Position numbers and translations under genes: made by a program
Notes under the pieces: generated by a model
Databases searched by the model: none
Seen by the model: the letters and a program-made list of their open reading frames with translations, nothing else
Told to the model about the DNA's origin: nothing
Origin: Fibrobacterota bacterium
GTDB taxonomy: Bacteria > Fibrobacterota > Fibrobacteria > UBA11236
Assembly (NCBI GenBank): GCA_043753995.1
Contig: JAYUVP010000149.1
Coordinates: 1 to 49,931 of the forward strand
DNA length: 49,931 nucleotides
Reading direction: 5' to 3'
Shown: positions 37,898-48,746 of the stretch, piece after piece
Position numbering within the stretch: the stretch's first letter is position 1
Layout: every line of letters starts with the position of its first letter

Positions 37898-38181
37898 TCC
37901 GACTTTTGTTCTGTACTATTTTCGCCTTCTTCGCTCAAAACTGGGGTGTTCGGCGCAGCAACCCTACACGGGTTTCACTTTTGACCTAGTCCTACTTTAG
38001 GGACATCCCAGTCCCAAACTCGACACGCTCCCTACACATTACTGGCAAAGGTTGAAATCGGCATCATGCTGATTTCCCTCATTTCCAAACCTGAATAGAC
38101 CGCACATGCATCGCCACAACTCTGGCATGACCTTCGCATTAGGTGGGATGCCTAGTCATTCACCCCTCGCTGAGGTCAAGC

Positions 38182-40503
38182 ATGAACCGGATCCAAGTTG
38201 GGCTTCGCGCCCTCGGTATTTATTTAGCCTCAGCTTGCATGGCTCCGGCTTGGGCACAATTCACTTGGCAAACCACGCATACGACCAATGGCGGCTTCAA
38301 TTCAGGAACAGCCGAATTATTGCGCACCGACTTGTTTGTCACCGTTCATCCCGGCTATGCCGATGTCGAAGAAGAGGTTGAAATCGCCGCCACGGGTATG
38401 GTCAGTGCTGGCAATGATGCCAATACCCTGGAGATCAATGGCGATTTTACTCTCCCCATCGAAGCCACCGTGGTGGGGCTTTTACTCTGGGATGGCGATA
38501 AAATTCTTGAAGCCAAATTATTGTCCAAAGCCAAGGCCGATAGCCTTTATCAGGTCCAGGTCGATCGCAATTCCATCCCGCCGGCGCGTCCACGTGATCC
38601 GATATTGCTTTCACTCGCATCTCCGGGAGAATATCATTTCAGCATCTATCCGGTGAAAGCCAATGCGACGCGTCGATTTCGATTGCGGTATCACTTGCCT
38701 CCGAAAATCGGCGTCGAGGGTTTGAAAATACCCTTCCTACCCGCCTTTGCCCCCTGGATGGGTGCGGGCAAGGTGCAGATTCACCTCTCCGGCGCGGACA
38801 ATGTGGACACCATCACTTGGATACAACAAGGACTACCCAAACGCATCGGTCTACCGCGCAATCTTTTTGTTTCCAGCGAGGAGCTCATCACCCGACCCGA
38901 ATGGATCGAATACCAGTGCTGTGACTCCTATGGTACCTTTCGAGAAATTTTGCATCCCACTACAACAGGCATAGAAATACGTCCCAAAGACCCGCTGTAT
39001 CAGGCCCTATTCACGACAACCTTGCCCGCGGGTCAGATGCAAGGGAATTATATGCATCTCTATTCCCAGATTCCCGACAGCGCCTTGACCTTGGCGGGCA
39101 TGCGCGTCGAAATCGCTGTGTATTGGAAGTGGCATAATCCTCATGTCTGGGTAGAGTCCAATTTCAATGGTTACTCAGATTACAATGCTATTTGGCAAGC
39201 CGAAAGCCAGGCGAATCAACTTCAAGATCTTTTTGACTTAGTGCAACCGCAAGGCGCCGCCATTGGCCTCATTCACAATGATGGCCGGAATCCCGCGCGC
39301 ACCTTCCCCATGGCCGCCAAAAACCAAATCGCATTCACCCAAGCGCGCGATTATCTCGCCCAATGGAATAGCCCCTCCATCCAAGCTTTCGCCACTAAGG
39401 CGGCCTACGACTTCAAGGAAAAACCCTCCACGGCAAAGCAACGATCCGAGGCATCGGCGAATGCTTTTCAGAGCGATATTCGCCTGGTGGCTTCCTTGTT
39501 TTCCAAAACCGAAAAAGTGGTGCGCCACGTGATTTTGCTCAGCGCGGGAACCTCGGGTGATTTGCAAGACAGCAAGGATTTAAATGCCATACTGAAAGAA
39601 GCCTTCAAGGATATTTCGCCTTCCATCGGACAAGCGATGGGACAAAGTTTTCAATATCCGGGTTTCGACATGTATGCGGCTAAAGCAGCTTTTCCCCTGC
39701 CCGAAAGGCGCCTATTCAACTATGTCGCCGAATTGCCGACCTTGCCCAACTTCACCACGACCGCGGTATTGCGCAATGGAGCCAATGCCTATGACCTCGA
39801 CTTGAAATGCATGGGAGGCCTTGGCTTGACCTGCGACGCGGCCCTATGGCATGGCAAAAGCACCACACCCTGGAGCAAGGACATTGAATGGGAAGTGCAT
39901 GACGTGAATGGCGTAGCGGCCAAAACTTATGTGCAAACCCTGTCACCCACCACCCGGGACAATGACACGGCATTGGCCGTACTTTGGGCGGGTTCAGCAT
40001 CTCCCTTCTCTGAAAATCGGGAGCCACCCCTCGGTGCCGTTTACGGATTCGTGGATCGCTCTGCCAGCCTTTTGGCTCTGGAAAAGGACAGCCTGAAAAT
40101 CAGTGATGGAAAAATTCTTCCGAATGGCAGCGTACCCCGCATCGCCAATGCCGACATACTGGACGTGATCCCCAATTACAAAGGCGAGAGCGGCCCGAAT
40201 AATCCTAATCCGGATTGGACTACCGACGTACTCAGTAAAACCCTTGCGAATCCGCAAGGCTGGCAAGTGCGCCTGGGCGCTGCCAACCGGCTGGAATTGC
40301 ATTTGCCCGGTCTCCATGGCTGGCAGGGCTTGGTGACCTTGCAAATCGTCGGTTTAGATGGACGCATGCGATGGAGCGGCAAAGTACATGTGGACGCTCA
40401 AGGTTGGGCTTCAGCCAGCATTCCAACCCTGCCTTCAGGAATGCATTGGCTGAGAATATCGGCCCAAGGTCAGCTTGGCACCAAGGCTTGGATGGCACCC
40501 TAG
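38182..40503 (+). CDS. Secreted protein with VIT-like N-terminal domain and T9SS-like tail
   Basis: Signal peptide; LEINGDFTLP..ATVVGLLLW...A..LY.....R....RDP; C-terminal LPSGMHWLRI; GAGG RBS. Confidence 0.75.
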   Translation: MNRIQVGLRALGIYLASACMAPAWAQFTWQTTHTTNGGFNSGTAELLRTDLFVTVHPGYADVEEEVEIAATGMVSAGNDANTLEINGDFTLPIEATVVGLLLWDGDKILEAKLLSKAKADSLYQVQVDRNSIPPARPRDPILLSLASPGEYHFSIYPVKANATRRFRLRYHLPPKIGVEGLKIPFLPAFAPWMGAGKVQIHLSGADNVDTITWIQQGLPKRIGLPRNLFVSSEELITRPEWIEYQCCDSYGTFREILHPTTTGIEIRPKDPLYQALFTTTLPAGQMQGNYMHLYSQIPDSALTLAGMRVEIAVYWKWHNPHVWVESNFNGYSDYNAIWQAESQANQLQDLFDLVQPQGAAIGLIHNDGRNPARTFPMAAKNQIAFTQARDYLAQWNSPSIQAFATKAAYDFKEKPSTAKQRSEASANAFQSDIRLVASLFSKTEKVVRHVILLSAGTSGDLQDSKDLNAILKEAFKDISPSIGQAMGQSFQYPGFDMYAAKAAFPLPERRLFNYVAELPTLPNFTTTAVLRNGANAYDLDLKCMGGLGLTCDAALWHGKSTTPWSKDIEWEVHDVNGVAAKTYVQTLSPTTRDNDTALAVLWAGSASPFSENREPPLGAVYGFVDRSASLLALEKDSLKISDGKILPNGSVPRIANADILDVIPNYKGESGPNNPNPDWTTDVLSKTLANPQGWQVRLGAANRLELHLPGLHGWQGLVTLQIVGLDGRMRWSGKVHVDAQGWASASIPTLPSGMHWLRISAQGQLGTKAWMAP

Positions 40504-40660
40504 GGCGCATTAGCCCTTTTTCTTGAAGCTTCAATTGGCTTTCTTGGGCTGACTCAGTCTTAATTCTTGCATCCATTCCATTTGGATGTTTTGAATTTCG
40601 ACAAGCCTTGCCCCTTGCTGCGCCCTCAATTCTTCTGCCGATGGCTAGGTTTTCGATTCC

Positions 40661-42793
40661 ATGAAAGCCCGTCCACTCGCGGCCAATTTGGCCCTCGCCT
40701 TTGGCGCACCCCTCCTTTTTTTCGCCGCGGCGGAACTTGTACTGAAGGTCGCGGGCGTGCAGCCCTTGTCCCTCACCGAAGACGCCTTTGTCGGCTATAG
40801 CGCCGCCCAGCCATTATTCGTCGACTCCACCGGATCCAGTGGCGAGGCTTTCAAGGTCACCAATCCCGTCAAATACAGTCATTTCAATCCGCAGGCTTTT
40901 CCAGCGATGAAGGCGCCGGGAACCTATCGCATTTTCACTCTGGGTGGCTCGACTACCTACGGGCATCCCTTTCATGATCCGACTTCCTATACCGGATGGT
41001 TGCGGGCCTTTTTGGCCAAGGCTCATCCCGCTCGGCGCTATGAGGTGATCAATTGCGGCGGCATTAGCTATGCGAGCTATCGCGAGGCTCAGCTCATGGC
41101 CGAATTGATTCGCTATGAACCCGATCTCTTCGTGATTTATACCGGCCAAAACGAATTTCTCGAAGAGCGTACCTATCGCGGCGTGGCGGCCATCCCGGGT
41201 TGGGCCCGAACCACCAGCGGCCTCATGGAGCGAACGCGGGTTTATAGCAGCCTGAAGCGGTTATTGCGACGATCCTCGACGTCCTCGAAAAACTCGCCGA
41301 ATGCCACAGCCTCCGGTAAGGATGCGACATCTGCATCTGGGATAATCTCCTCCGCCAAGCCCTCCACCATGGCCTCCGAAGTCGACGATGTGCTCGCCAA
41401 AACCATCGGGCCGACCTCTTATACTCGCGACGACAGCCTCAAGGCTGGCATCACCGAACACTTTCGCTTCTCTCTCGATCGCATGGGACGCTTGGCCGAA
41501 GCCGCTGGGGCACGTATCGTGTATGTGACGACCCCCGTGAATGAAAAAGATTGCGCTCCTTTCAAAAGCGAACCGACTCCGGGCCTCTCGCCAGAAACCC
41601 TGCAAGCCCTCTTCGGCATGCGCGAAAAAGCCCGGGCACAGCGTGCCGCAGGACATGACGACTCCGCTTATGCCTTGCTAAGCGAAGCGGCGCGGCGCAA
41701 TCCGCGCGATGCGGGCCTGCGCTATGAGGCCGGACAAGCTGCCTTGGCCTTGCGCCTTTTCTCCGAAGCCAAAGGGCATTTGCGCGCGGCCATCGAAGAG
41801 GATGTCTGTCCCCTGCGGGCCTTGCGCTCTTTCGACAGCGCCGTGCGCCTGGCCGCGACACGCCATGGGGCCCGCTTGCTCGACTTCGTCGACACCTTGG
41901 AGCGCATGGTTCCGGTTCGCGACTCCACCGGCGGCATCGCTTTGCTGGGCGCTCCGGATTTTCTCGATCATGTGCATCTCGATCTCGACGGCTATCGCCG
42001 TTTGGCCCTCGGCCTCATGGATGAACTCGTGCGCCTCGGGGTTTTGCCCGCTTCCTCGCGTGGCGACAGCGCGGCCTTGCAGCAAGTCACCGATAGCCTT
42101 CAGGCCCTCATGACTCCAGCCGAGCGTGGTTTGGCTCTCACCAATTTGGCCAAGGTGATCAATTGGGCGGGCAAGCACGATGAAGCCGCCCATTTGGCCG
42201 AACAGGCCTTGCTTCTCGATTCTACCAGTCTAGAAGCCATTTGGAGTTCGCTTTTCGTCGGGGCCTTGCGCGAGCGCACGGGCCAGGGCTTAGAGTCTCT
42301 GCCGCATTATTATCGCGCCACCCGCCTTGATCCTAATAATCCCGATTCACGCATGCATTTGGGTGCGGCACTCTTGCGCCTCGATAGCCTCGACGCCGCC
42401 CAGCGCGAACTCATGGCCGCCATGGAATTAGCGCCTGAAGATCCCGACATACGCGCGCAATGGGAAAATCTCCGGCAGCGGCTTAGCCAAACCGTAACAC
42501 CCACGGTACCTTCGGTGCCCGCTGAATTAGAAGGGCGATTGGCCAGCGCCGAAGCCTTGCTCGCGGCCCGGCAATGGGAAAAGGCCGAAGCGGCTTTCGT
42601 CGCCGTCCTGCAAAGCGATGCCCGCCAAGCCCGAGCCTATGAAGGCTTGGGGCATATCGCCGCGGCCCAGGGCAATGCCCCGCAAGCCATTCAATACTTC
42701 GCGCGCGCCATGCAAATCGATCCGAGCCGGGCATCGGCCAAGGAAGCCTTGAGTCGCCTCTTGCAAGGCGCCCCCTTGGGGCCGATGAAATGA
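40661..42793 (+). CDS. SGNH/GDSL-like hydrolase with TPR repeats, membrane anchored
   Basis: RIFTLGGSTTYG, EVINCGGISYAS, YTGQNE, DHVH; TPR-like helices. Confidence 0.85.
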   Translation: MKARPLAANLALAFGAPLLFFAAAELVLKVAGVQPLSLTEDAFVGYSAAQPLFVDSTGSSGEAFKVTNPVKYSHFNPQAFPAMKAPGTYRIFTLGGSTTYGHPFHDPTSYTGWLRAFLAKAHPARRYEVINCGGISYASYREAQLMAELIRYEPDLFVIYTGQNEFLEERTYRGVAAIPGWARTTSGLMERTRVYSSLKRLLRRSSTSSKNSPNATASGKDATSASGIISSAKPSTMASEVDDVLAKTIGPTSYTRDDSLKAGITEHFRFSLDRMGRLAEAAGARIVYVTTPVNEKDCAPFKSEPTPGLSPETLQALFGMREKARAQRAAGHDDSAYALLSEAARRNPRDAGLRYEAGQAALALRLFSEAKGHLRAAIEEDVCPLRALRSFDSAVRLAATRHGARLLDFVDTLERMVPVRDSTGGIALLGAPDFLDHVHLDLDGYRRLALGLMDELVRLGVLPASSRGDSAALQQVTDSLQALMTPAERGLALTNLAKVINWAGKHDEAAHLAEQALLLDSTSLEAIWSSLFVGALRERTGQGLESLPHYYRATRLDPNNPDSRMHLGAALLRLDSLDAAQRELMAAMELAPEDPDIRAQWENLRQRLSQTVTPTVPSVPAELEGRLASAEALLAARQWEKAEAAFVAVLQSDARQARAYEGLGHIAAAQGNAPQAIQYFARAMQIDPSRASAKEALSRLLQGAPLGPMK

Positions 42794-44598
42794 AGGACGA
42801 GGCCAAGGGAGTTAGCCCGGCAAGGTCACCTGCGCGCTACGTGCTGGGCCTTTCGGCTTTCTACCACGACAGCGCCGCCTGCCTAGTCGCCGACGGGCAT
42901 ATTGCCGCCGCCGCCGAAGAGGAGCGCTTCACGCGCCGCAAGCATGACCCGACCTTTCCCCTGCAAGCCATACGTTATTGCCTGAGCGCCGCTGGCATTG
43001 CCCCAGGGGATTTGGCCGCCGTGGCTTTTTATGAAAAGCCCTTCATCAAATTCGACCGCCTGCTCGCCAGCCATCTCGCAGAGGCACCACGCGGCTGGCG
43101 ATCCTTCCTAAGCGCCATGCCACGCTGGCTGCGACGCAACTTGCAAGTGAAACAGATTCTCAAGCGAGAACTGGGCTTCGATGGCCCGGTTTATTTTCCC
43201 GAGCATCATGAAGCCCATGCGGCTTCGGCTTTTTTCGCCTCCCCTTTCGAGGAAGCGGCGGTATTAACTCTGGACGGCGTGGGTGAATGGGCCACCACCA
43301 GCCTGGGCGTCGGCAAAGGCCCGCGCGTCGACTTGCTCGCGGAATTGCACTTTCCTCATTCCCTGGGACTATTGTATTCGGCCTTTACCGCCTATTGCGG
43401 CTTCAAGGTGAATTCCGGCGAATACAAATTGATGGGACTCGCGCCCTACGGAAAACCGCTATACAAACAAATCATTTATGATCGGCTGCTCGATGCGAGA
43501 CCCGACGGTTCCTTCCGACTGCACTCCGGATTTTTGCAGCTAACCGAAGGAAGCCGCATCACGGGCCCCCGCTTCGATGCCTTATTCGGCGGACCTGCGC
43601 GGCTACCCGAGAGCCCCCTCGACGCACGCTTCATGGATGTGGCGAGATCCATACAAGAAGTGCTGGAAGAAAGGGTTTTAGCCCTCGCCCACCAAGCCCA
43701 TCGCGAAACGGGATTGAATCAATTGTGCATGGCCGGCGGCGTGGCCCTCAACTGCGTGGCCAATGGCCGCCTCTTGCGCGAAGGGCCTTTTAAGCAAATC
43801 TGGATACAGCCCGCTTCGGGCGATTCCGGTGGCGCTTTGGGCGCAGCGCTTTTCGCCTGGCATCAAATTCTCGGAATGGATCGTAACCCACAGGCTAACC
43901 AGGACGCCATGCAAGGCGCTTGCCTCGGGCCGGAATATTCTCCCGCCGAAATACAAGCCTTTCTTGACACCGAGGCCATACCCTATCGCCACCTCGATGC
44001 TACAGCCTTGATCGAACAAGCCGCCCAAGCCATGGCCGCACAGCGCATTATCGGTTGGTTTCAAGGCCGCATGGAATTCGGTCCGCGCGCCTTAGGCCAT
44101 CGCTCCATACTCGCCGATCCGCGCCAGGCCGTCATGAAGGATCGCATCAATGCCACCATCAAGCAGCGCGAAGGCTTTCGCCCTTTCGGATGTTCGGTTT
44201 TGCGCGATCATTTAAGCGAGGCCTATGGCATCGACTGTGATAGCCCTTATATGCTAATGGTAGCGCCCGCGCTACGCCCTTCGCCTGAGGCCCCCTATCC
44301 TTATCCCGCCGTCACCCATGTCGACGGCTCGGCCCGCCTGCAAACCGTAAGCGCCGAGGCCGGTCACTTTCATGATTTGATGCAACGCTTTCATGCCCTC
44401 ACCGGCTGCCCGGTTTTGCTGAATACCTCGTTCAATCTGCGCAGCGAACCCTTGGTGTGCTCGCCGCAAGAGGCCTATGCCTGCTTTCGCCGATCGGGCT
44501 GCGACGATTTATTTCTCGGCACATTTCATTTGCGCCAAGAAGACATGCCCGCCTGGCACGAGACTTCCGCCCCTCTCTCCGAAGCGGAATGGGATTGA
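42790..44598 (+). CDS. Carbamoyltransferase (NodU/CmcH family)
   Basis: LGLSAFYHDSAA, EERFTR.KH, HHEAHAASAF, GEYKLMGLAPYG, AGGVALNCVANG, EFGPRALGHRSILADP, LNTSFN. Confidence 0.95.
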   Translation: MKDEAKGVSPARSPARYVLGLSAFYHDSAACLVADGHIAAAAEEERFTRRKHDPTFPLQAIRYCLSAAGIAPGDLAAVAFYEKPFIKFDRLLASHLAEAPRGWRSFLSAMPRWLRRNLQVKQILKRELGFDGPVYFPEHHEAHAASAFFASPFEEAAVLTLDGVGEWATTSLGVGKGPRVDLLAELHFPHSLGLLYSAFTAYCGFKVNSGEYKLMGLAPYGKPLYKQIIYDRLLDARPDGSFRLHSGFLQLTEGSRITGPRFDALFGGPARLPESPLDARFMDVARSIQEVLEERVLALAHQAHRETGLNQLCMAGGVALNCVANGRLLREGPFKQIWIQPASGDSGGALGAALFAWHQILGMDRNPQANQDAMQGACLGPEYSPAEIQAFLDTEAIPYRHLDATALIEQAAQAMAAQRIIGWFQGRMEFGPRALGHRSILADPRQAVMKDRINATIKQREGFRPFGCSVLRDHLSEAYGIDCDSPYMLMVAPALRPSPEAPYPYPAVTHVDGSARLQTVSAEAGHFHDLMQRFHALTGCPVLLNTSFNLRSEPLVCSPQEAYACFRRSGCDDLFLGTFHLRQEDMPAWHETSAPLSEAEWD

Positions 44599-44599
44599 C

Positions 44600-44989
44600 A
44601 TGAAGTCGTCCACTCCTACCCGCGCCATCGCCTTTCGCCTGCTGATTTTTTTCTCGGCTAGTACCTGGCTTTTAAGTCGGTCTTTTCCGCGCTTTGCTAT
44701 GGTATGGGCCGCTTTGGGTTTCACCTTGATAACCATCGCCTTGGTGATTCCCCGATGGCTGGCCCCTTTGCATCAGGCCATGTCGAGTTTTGAGGCCGGC
44801 GTAAGAAAAGCCATTACCGTGACACTTTTGATCTTGCTTTATGCTCTGGTACTGACGCCGGTGGCCCTGGGGGGTCGCCTATTCCGCAAGCGTTTCCTGC
44901 CCGACGGACCCAACCCTCAATTGACCAGCTATTTCATCCGGCGGGCGAGCGGCAAAAAAACCGAAGCCGACTATGCTAAGGGATATTGA
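44600..44989 (+). CDS. SxtJ-family membrane protein
   Basis: Hydrophobic helices, PRWLAPL..., LYALVLTPVAL; immediately after the carbamoyltransferase. Confidence 0.7.
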   Translation: MKSSTPTRAIAFRLLIFFSASTWLLSRSFPRFAMVWAALGFTLITIALVIPRWLAPLHQAMSSFEAGVRKAITVTLLILLYALVLTPVALGGRLFRKRFLPDGPNPQLTSYFIRRASGKKTEADYAKGY

Positions 44990-45007
44990 AGCGAAAAAGA
45001 ACCGAAC

Positions 45008-45385
45008 CTAAATCCCCACGGTCGCGACCGTCGTATCACGCAAAATTTTAGTGGTTACGAAAACGGATTGCTTGTCGAATCCTTCCAACTGAATATGGCC
45101 CTCGACGACTTTGTGATTGCACTCGGGGATGGAACTCATGATCGGTAGGTACATCCGACCCCCCGTTTCACGGATGGAAAAAATCGGAGTGCCTTGCTTG
45201 GTCGAGATATTCACGGCTTCGAAATAGTTGCGATCCGAAGTGTCGGATACCGAGGGCGATCGGGACCGAATCACAAAGGCGCTTGAATTTTCCGTACTTA
45301 CCGGCGCCACATCCTCCTCGGATTCTGTACAGGCCATGGCTATGAGGGGCAATGCGAGCGCGAAGCAGGTTGGAATCGCTTTCAT
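45008..45385 (-). CDS. Small hypothetical lipoprotein
   Basis: GGAGG RBS; lipobox AMAC. Confidence 0.65.
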   Translation of the reverse strand: MKAIPTCFALALPLIAMACTESEEDVAPVSTENSSAFVIRSRSPSVSDTSDRNYFEAVNISTKQGTPIFSIRETGGRMYLPIMSSIPECNHKVVEGHIQLEGFDKQSVFVTTKILRDTTVATVGI

Positions 45386-45645
45386 AAAACCTCCATTAAA
45401 ACAGGGCATAGATAAAAGGCGCCACCACGGCGCTTTCGGTGAAAATCACGAGTCCGGTCAATAAAATTAGACCGATCACGATTGGCCAAAGCCACCACTT
45501 CTTGCGCGCGGAGAGAAAACCGCTGAAATCTTTGACGAGGGTCCACATGAGAGTCCGGTCAAAATACCTTTACTCCCGTCTTTGCGCCATGGTTTTCCGA
45601 TAGGTCTGACAGTAAATCCGAATGCCCTCCATGGAAGGAGCCGAT

Positions 45646-46749
45646 ATGTTCAATTTACCCATACTCGACATCGCCATCAGTTTGAGCTTCTTGTATTGCC
45701 TGCTCAGCCTATTCGCTACGGTGACCCAGGAGCTTTTCGCCTCCATGCTACGCCTGCGCGGACGCATGCTTTTCACGGGCCTCAAACGCATGCTGGATGA
45801 CGGCGATGCCGCTGTACTGGTGAAAGAATTCTATGCCCACCCTTTGGTGGCCTATATGGCCCAGGATAGTGGCAAGAAGGGGGATGCACCGCGCCCTTCC
45901 TATCTCAGCAAGGCCACCTTTCTTAGCGCCTTTCGCGATTTATTGCGCGACAAGGCCAAGGCGGCGGGAGCCGATGGTGACGACTCGCTCAAGGCAACTT
46001 TGAATCATTTGCTCACCGAAGGCAAAGCGTATTTGCCCGCGAGCACCCTGGCCGTTTTGCAAGCTTTTTGGCGCGAGGCTGAAGGCGATGTGAAGGCCTT
46101 TGAGTTGCGATTAGGGGATTGGTTCGATGATTCCATGGAACGCGTCTCGGGTTGGTATAAAAGGCAGGCGCAGCGTATCGGCATGGGATTGGGATTGGCC
46201 ATGGCCTTGCTCATGAATGTCGACACCTTGGCTATTTCCAAAAAGCTGGCGGGCGATAGCCAAGCCCGGCAGGCCTTGACCGCCCAGGCCACAGCCTTCG
46301 TGCAAAGCGATGCGACACGTTCTGAAATCGAGGGACTAAGGCGTCACGTGCAAGATACGGTAGCGGCGGAAAAAGACTCGGCCGACACCACTGCCCTGCA
46401 TGCCATCGACAGCCTTTCGCGAGAGGCGGGCACCTTACTTGCCGGACCCATCACTTCGGTTCGCTCAGCCACCGGCTTCGGTTGGTTTCGCGATCCTGCT
46501 TGTGATGACCAAGGTCTGTTCTATCCGCTTTGCCTCGTCTATCGCACCTTAAGCGCTGAATTTTGCGCTGGCCGATCAGGATCTTGTGATGAGCCGCCCT
46601 TGGGAGCCTTTCTTTTTTTCCTGGTTTTCAAAACCCTGGGCTACGCCGCAACGGCTTTCGCCATCGCCCTGGGCGCCCCATTTTGGTTTGACTTGCTATC
46701 CAGATTGGTGAAGATTCGTGGCACGGGTAAAAAACCCGAGGCAGCCTAA
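45646..46749 (+). CDS. Conserved hypothetical membrane protein
   Basis: ILDIAISLSFLY..LS, PSY, WFDDSMERVSGWYKR, NVDT, ALGAPFWFDLL motifs; AAGGAG RBS. Confidence 0.85.
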   Translation: MFNLPILDIAISLSFLYCLLSLFATVTQELFASMLRLRGRMLFTGLKRMLDDGDAAVLVKEFYAHPLVAYMAQDSGKKGDAPRPSYLSKATFLSAFRDLLRDKAKAAGADGDDSLKATLNHLLTEGKAYLPASTLAVLQAFWREAEGDVKAFELRLGDWFDDSMERVSGWYKRQAQRIGMGLGLAMALLMNVDTLAISKKLAGDSQARQALTAQATAFVQSDATRSEIEGLRRHVQDTVAAEKDSADTTALHAIDSLSREAGTLLAGPITSVRSATGFGWFRDPACDDQGLFYPLCLVYRTLSAEFCAGRSGSCDEPPLGAFLFFLVFKTLGYAATAFAIALGAPFWFDLLSRLVKIRGTGKKPEAA

Positions 46750-46801
46750 AGGCATCGGAGCCCTAGGCGCCCGGAGCCAATTCACAGAATCGTCATCCCT
46801 T

Positions 46802-48727
46802 TCACAGGTAACCCTTTTCCTGTAGCCAGGTATCCACACGCAGAATCAGCTGCCTCTGGTCTTCCGGGGGAGGAATGTTGCGGAAGGGTTCGGTCGAAAG
46901 CTTGATGACGGTACCCCGGCGGTCGCTGAATAGAAAGCGCGTGGAATCCAAATCACGACCAATAATGAACCGTTCCATATATTGCCTTTCCCAATTCAGT
47001 GGAATGGGGGTAGGCAGGAGCGAGAGCATATTGCCAAGCTCGGTCAGCTCGCTTGCGCCGAGTTGAAAAGAACGCCTTTCCCCATCGGAACCGGCAAGGC
47101 CTTTGCCCGAAGAGTCGATATAAATATGGGTCGCCTGGGCTGGGACAGTATCCCCCGAGATACCTTCTAGAAAGTTTCGGTAGTGAAGTAATAAGGTGGC
47201 GGAATTAAATCCGGTTGGGACGGCCACCTTTTCGGTAAGGGCTCCCGTACTATCCAGCCAATACTCCCGTTCTATAGAAACACAGTGATCAATTTCGGTA
47301 TCCACGGTATACCCAAGGTTCAGGACTTCGCGAAAGGACACGCCATGAGGGTGCAAGGTGGGAGCCAATCCATAAGATCTCTCCGCGCCAGGTATTTGGT
47401 TCGCTAATGGCCACCGGGCTCGCGCAAACCAACCCAGCTTAGCCATATCTTCATAACGCTCGTCCTTGCGCATTCTATAAGACATGGCATGGTAATTGGA
47501 ATCGGGGAAAAGGAAAAAAGTGACGGTATCGCCCGGCAAGTTGGCCGTGCTGGGTTGCTTATTGAGATGGATGTCGACACCGCATTGGACACGGACCGGC
47601 ATATCCCCTTGATACCCAATAGGAATTTCAATTTCGGTGGGGAGGGCGGAATCCGCTGGAAAGGGTTGGCTTCGACCCCAGAAAACCAGCTCATCCTGCG
47701 AAAGCGTTCGGTGCTGCAAAATTTTGAATCGACCGATATCCATATATTCCCGGGCCGGTCGTGGGCTCGGCTTCATGGAGAGGAAAACGGCCCGTACCGC
47801 TTGGTAAGGCCATAGCACCTGTTTTTTGTCGTCGACAAAAACATGCCATTGCCGCTTCACCGCCGTGTCAGCAAGGAGAATGCACAATTCGAGAAGGTTG
47901 GACCCCGAGTCGTGTAACATGTCACGTTTGATATCAAGGTAGGGCTTCATTTTATCTTCAGGCGAAAGACTATAAGAAATGCCATTCAAGATCCAATAGA
48001 CGCTGTCGACGCCCTCACCAAAGATTTGATCATAGACGGTGTATGGGATTTGGTTTGCTCCCAGTGTCAGGGTATCGCTTCGACTGACTCCAAAGCTGAA
48101 ATGGTTACTTAGCTGCACAGTGTCCGGAATAACGGTTTTGCGCCCGGATTCAATAAGTAAGGGCAACTCCACCGAGGCTGCGCCAGGATAATAGAATTGC
48201 AGCCAATATCGGCCTGCAGGAATGCCTTGCCATTCGAAGCTCGCATTGGGGCTGGTAGGATGAGTGAAGGGAGATCCAAGCAAGCGTAATTCCACCTGGC
48301 CGCCGCGCGAACCGGCAACACGGACATAGCCCTTAACACCACCCAAGGGAAGGAGGATGCGCCGTGCCAAATCCACCTTGGCGTCGGCTAGGGTTTGAAT
48401 GGAATCGATACTGACCCCATTGCCGTGGCCATCTAAGGAAAGCAGCCGGTAAGAGCCCGGAGCGGCCACGAATCCGAATGTCCCGTGTACATCGGTTTTC
48501 GCGGTATAGATTTTTGCTGTGTCACCGTTTAATGGATAAAGCGTGACGGTGATGCCTACAGCAGCCACATTGTCACCGGTCATCAAGGTACCGACGACAT
48601 TGCCGAGCTCAGTACCACTACCCACCACATCTTTTTTTTCTTCGTCGGAAAGACAAGCCTGCAAAACCAAGATCGCAAAGGCCAGCCCAAGGCGCCCTAA
48701 GCGCTTCGAATTCAGTAATCTCGACAT
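46802..48727 (-). CDS. Lipoprotein with carboxypeptidase-regulatory-like repeats
   Basis: Lipobox LQAC, GSGTELGN, TDVHGTFGF, IPAGRY; directly downstream of the TIGR02147 gene. Confidence 0.8.
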   Translation of the reverse strand: MSRLLNSKRLGRLGLAFAILVLQACLSDEEKKDVVGSGTELGNVVGTLMTGDNVAAVGITVTLYPLNGDTAKIYTAKTDVHGTFGFVAAPGSYRLLSLDGHGNGVSIDSIQTLADAKVDLARRILLPLGGVKGYVRVAGSRGGQVELRLLGSPFTHPTSPNASFEWQGIPAGRYWLQFYYPGAASVELPLLIESGRKTVIPDTVQLSNHFSFGVSRSDTLTLGANQIPYTVYDQIFGEGVDSVYWILNGISYSLSPEDKMKPYLDIKRDMLHDSGSNLLELCILLADTAVKRQWHVFVDDKKQVLWPYQAVRAVFLSMKPSPRPAREYMDIGRFKILQHRTLSQDELVFWGRSQPFPADSALPTEIEIPIGYQGDMPVRVQCGVDIHLNKQPSTANLPGDTVTFFLFPDSNYHAMSYRMRKDERYEDMAKLGWFARARWPLANQIPGAERSYGLAPTLHPHGVSFREVLNLGYTVDTEIDHCVSIEREYWLDSTGALTEKVAVPTGFNSATLLLHYRNFLEGISGDTVPAQATHIYIDSSGKGLAGSDGERRSFQLGASELTELGNMLSLLPTPIPLNWERQYMERFIIGRDLDSTRFLFSDRRGTVIKLSTEPFRNIPPPEDQRQLILRVDTWLQEKGYL

Positions 48728-48746
48728 GAATACCCTCCGGGGTCGG

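Noticed and set aside
42790..44989. Saxitoxin biosynthesis cluster
   Set aside because: No sxtA, sxtG or other core genes; this gene pair is widespread.
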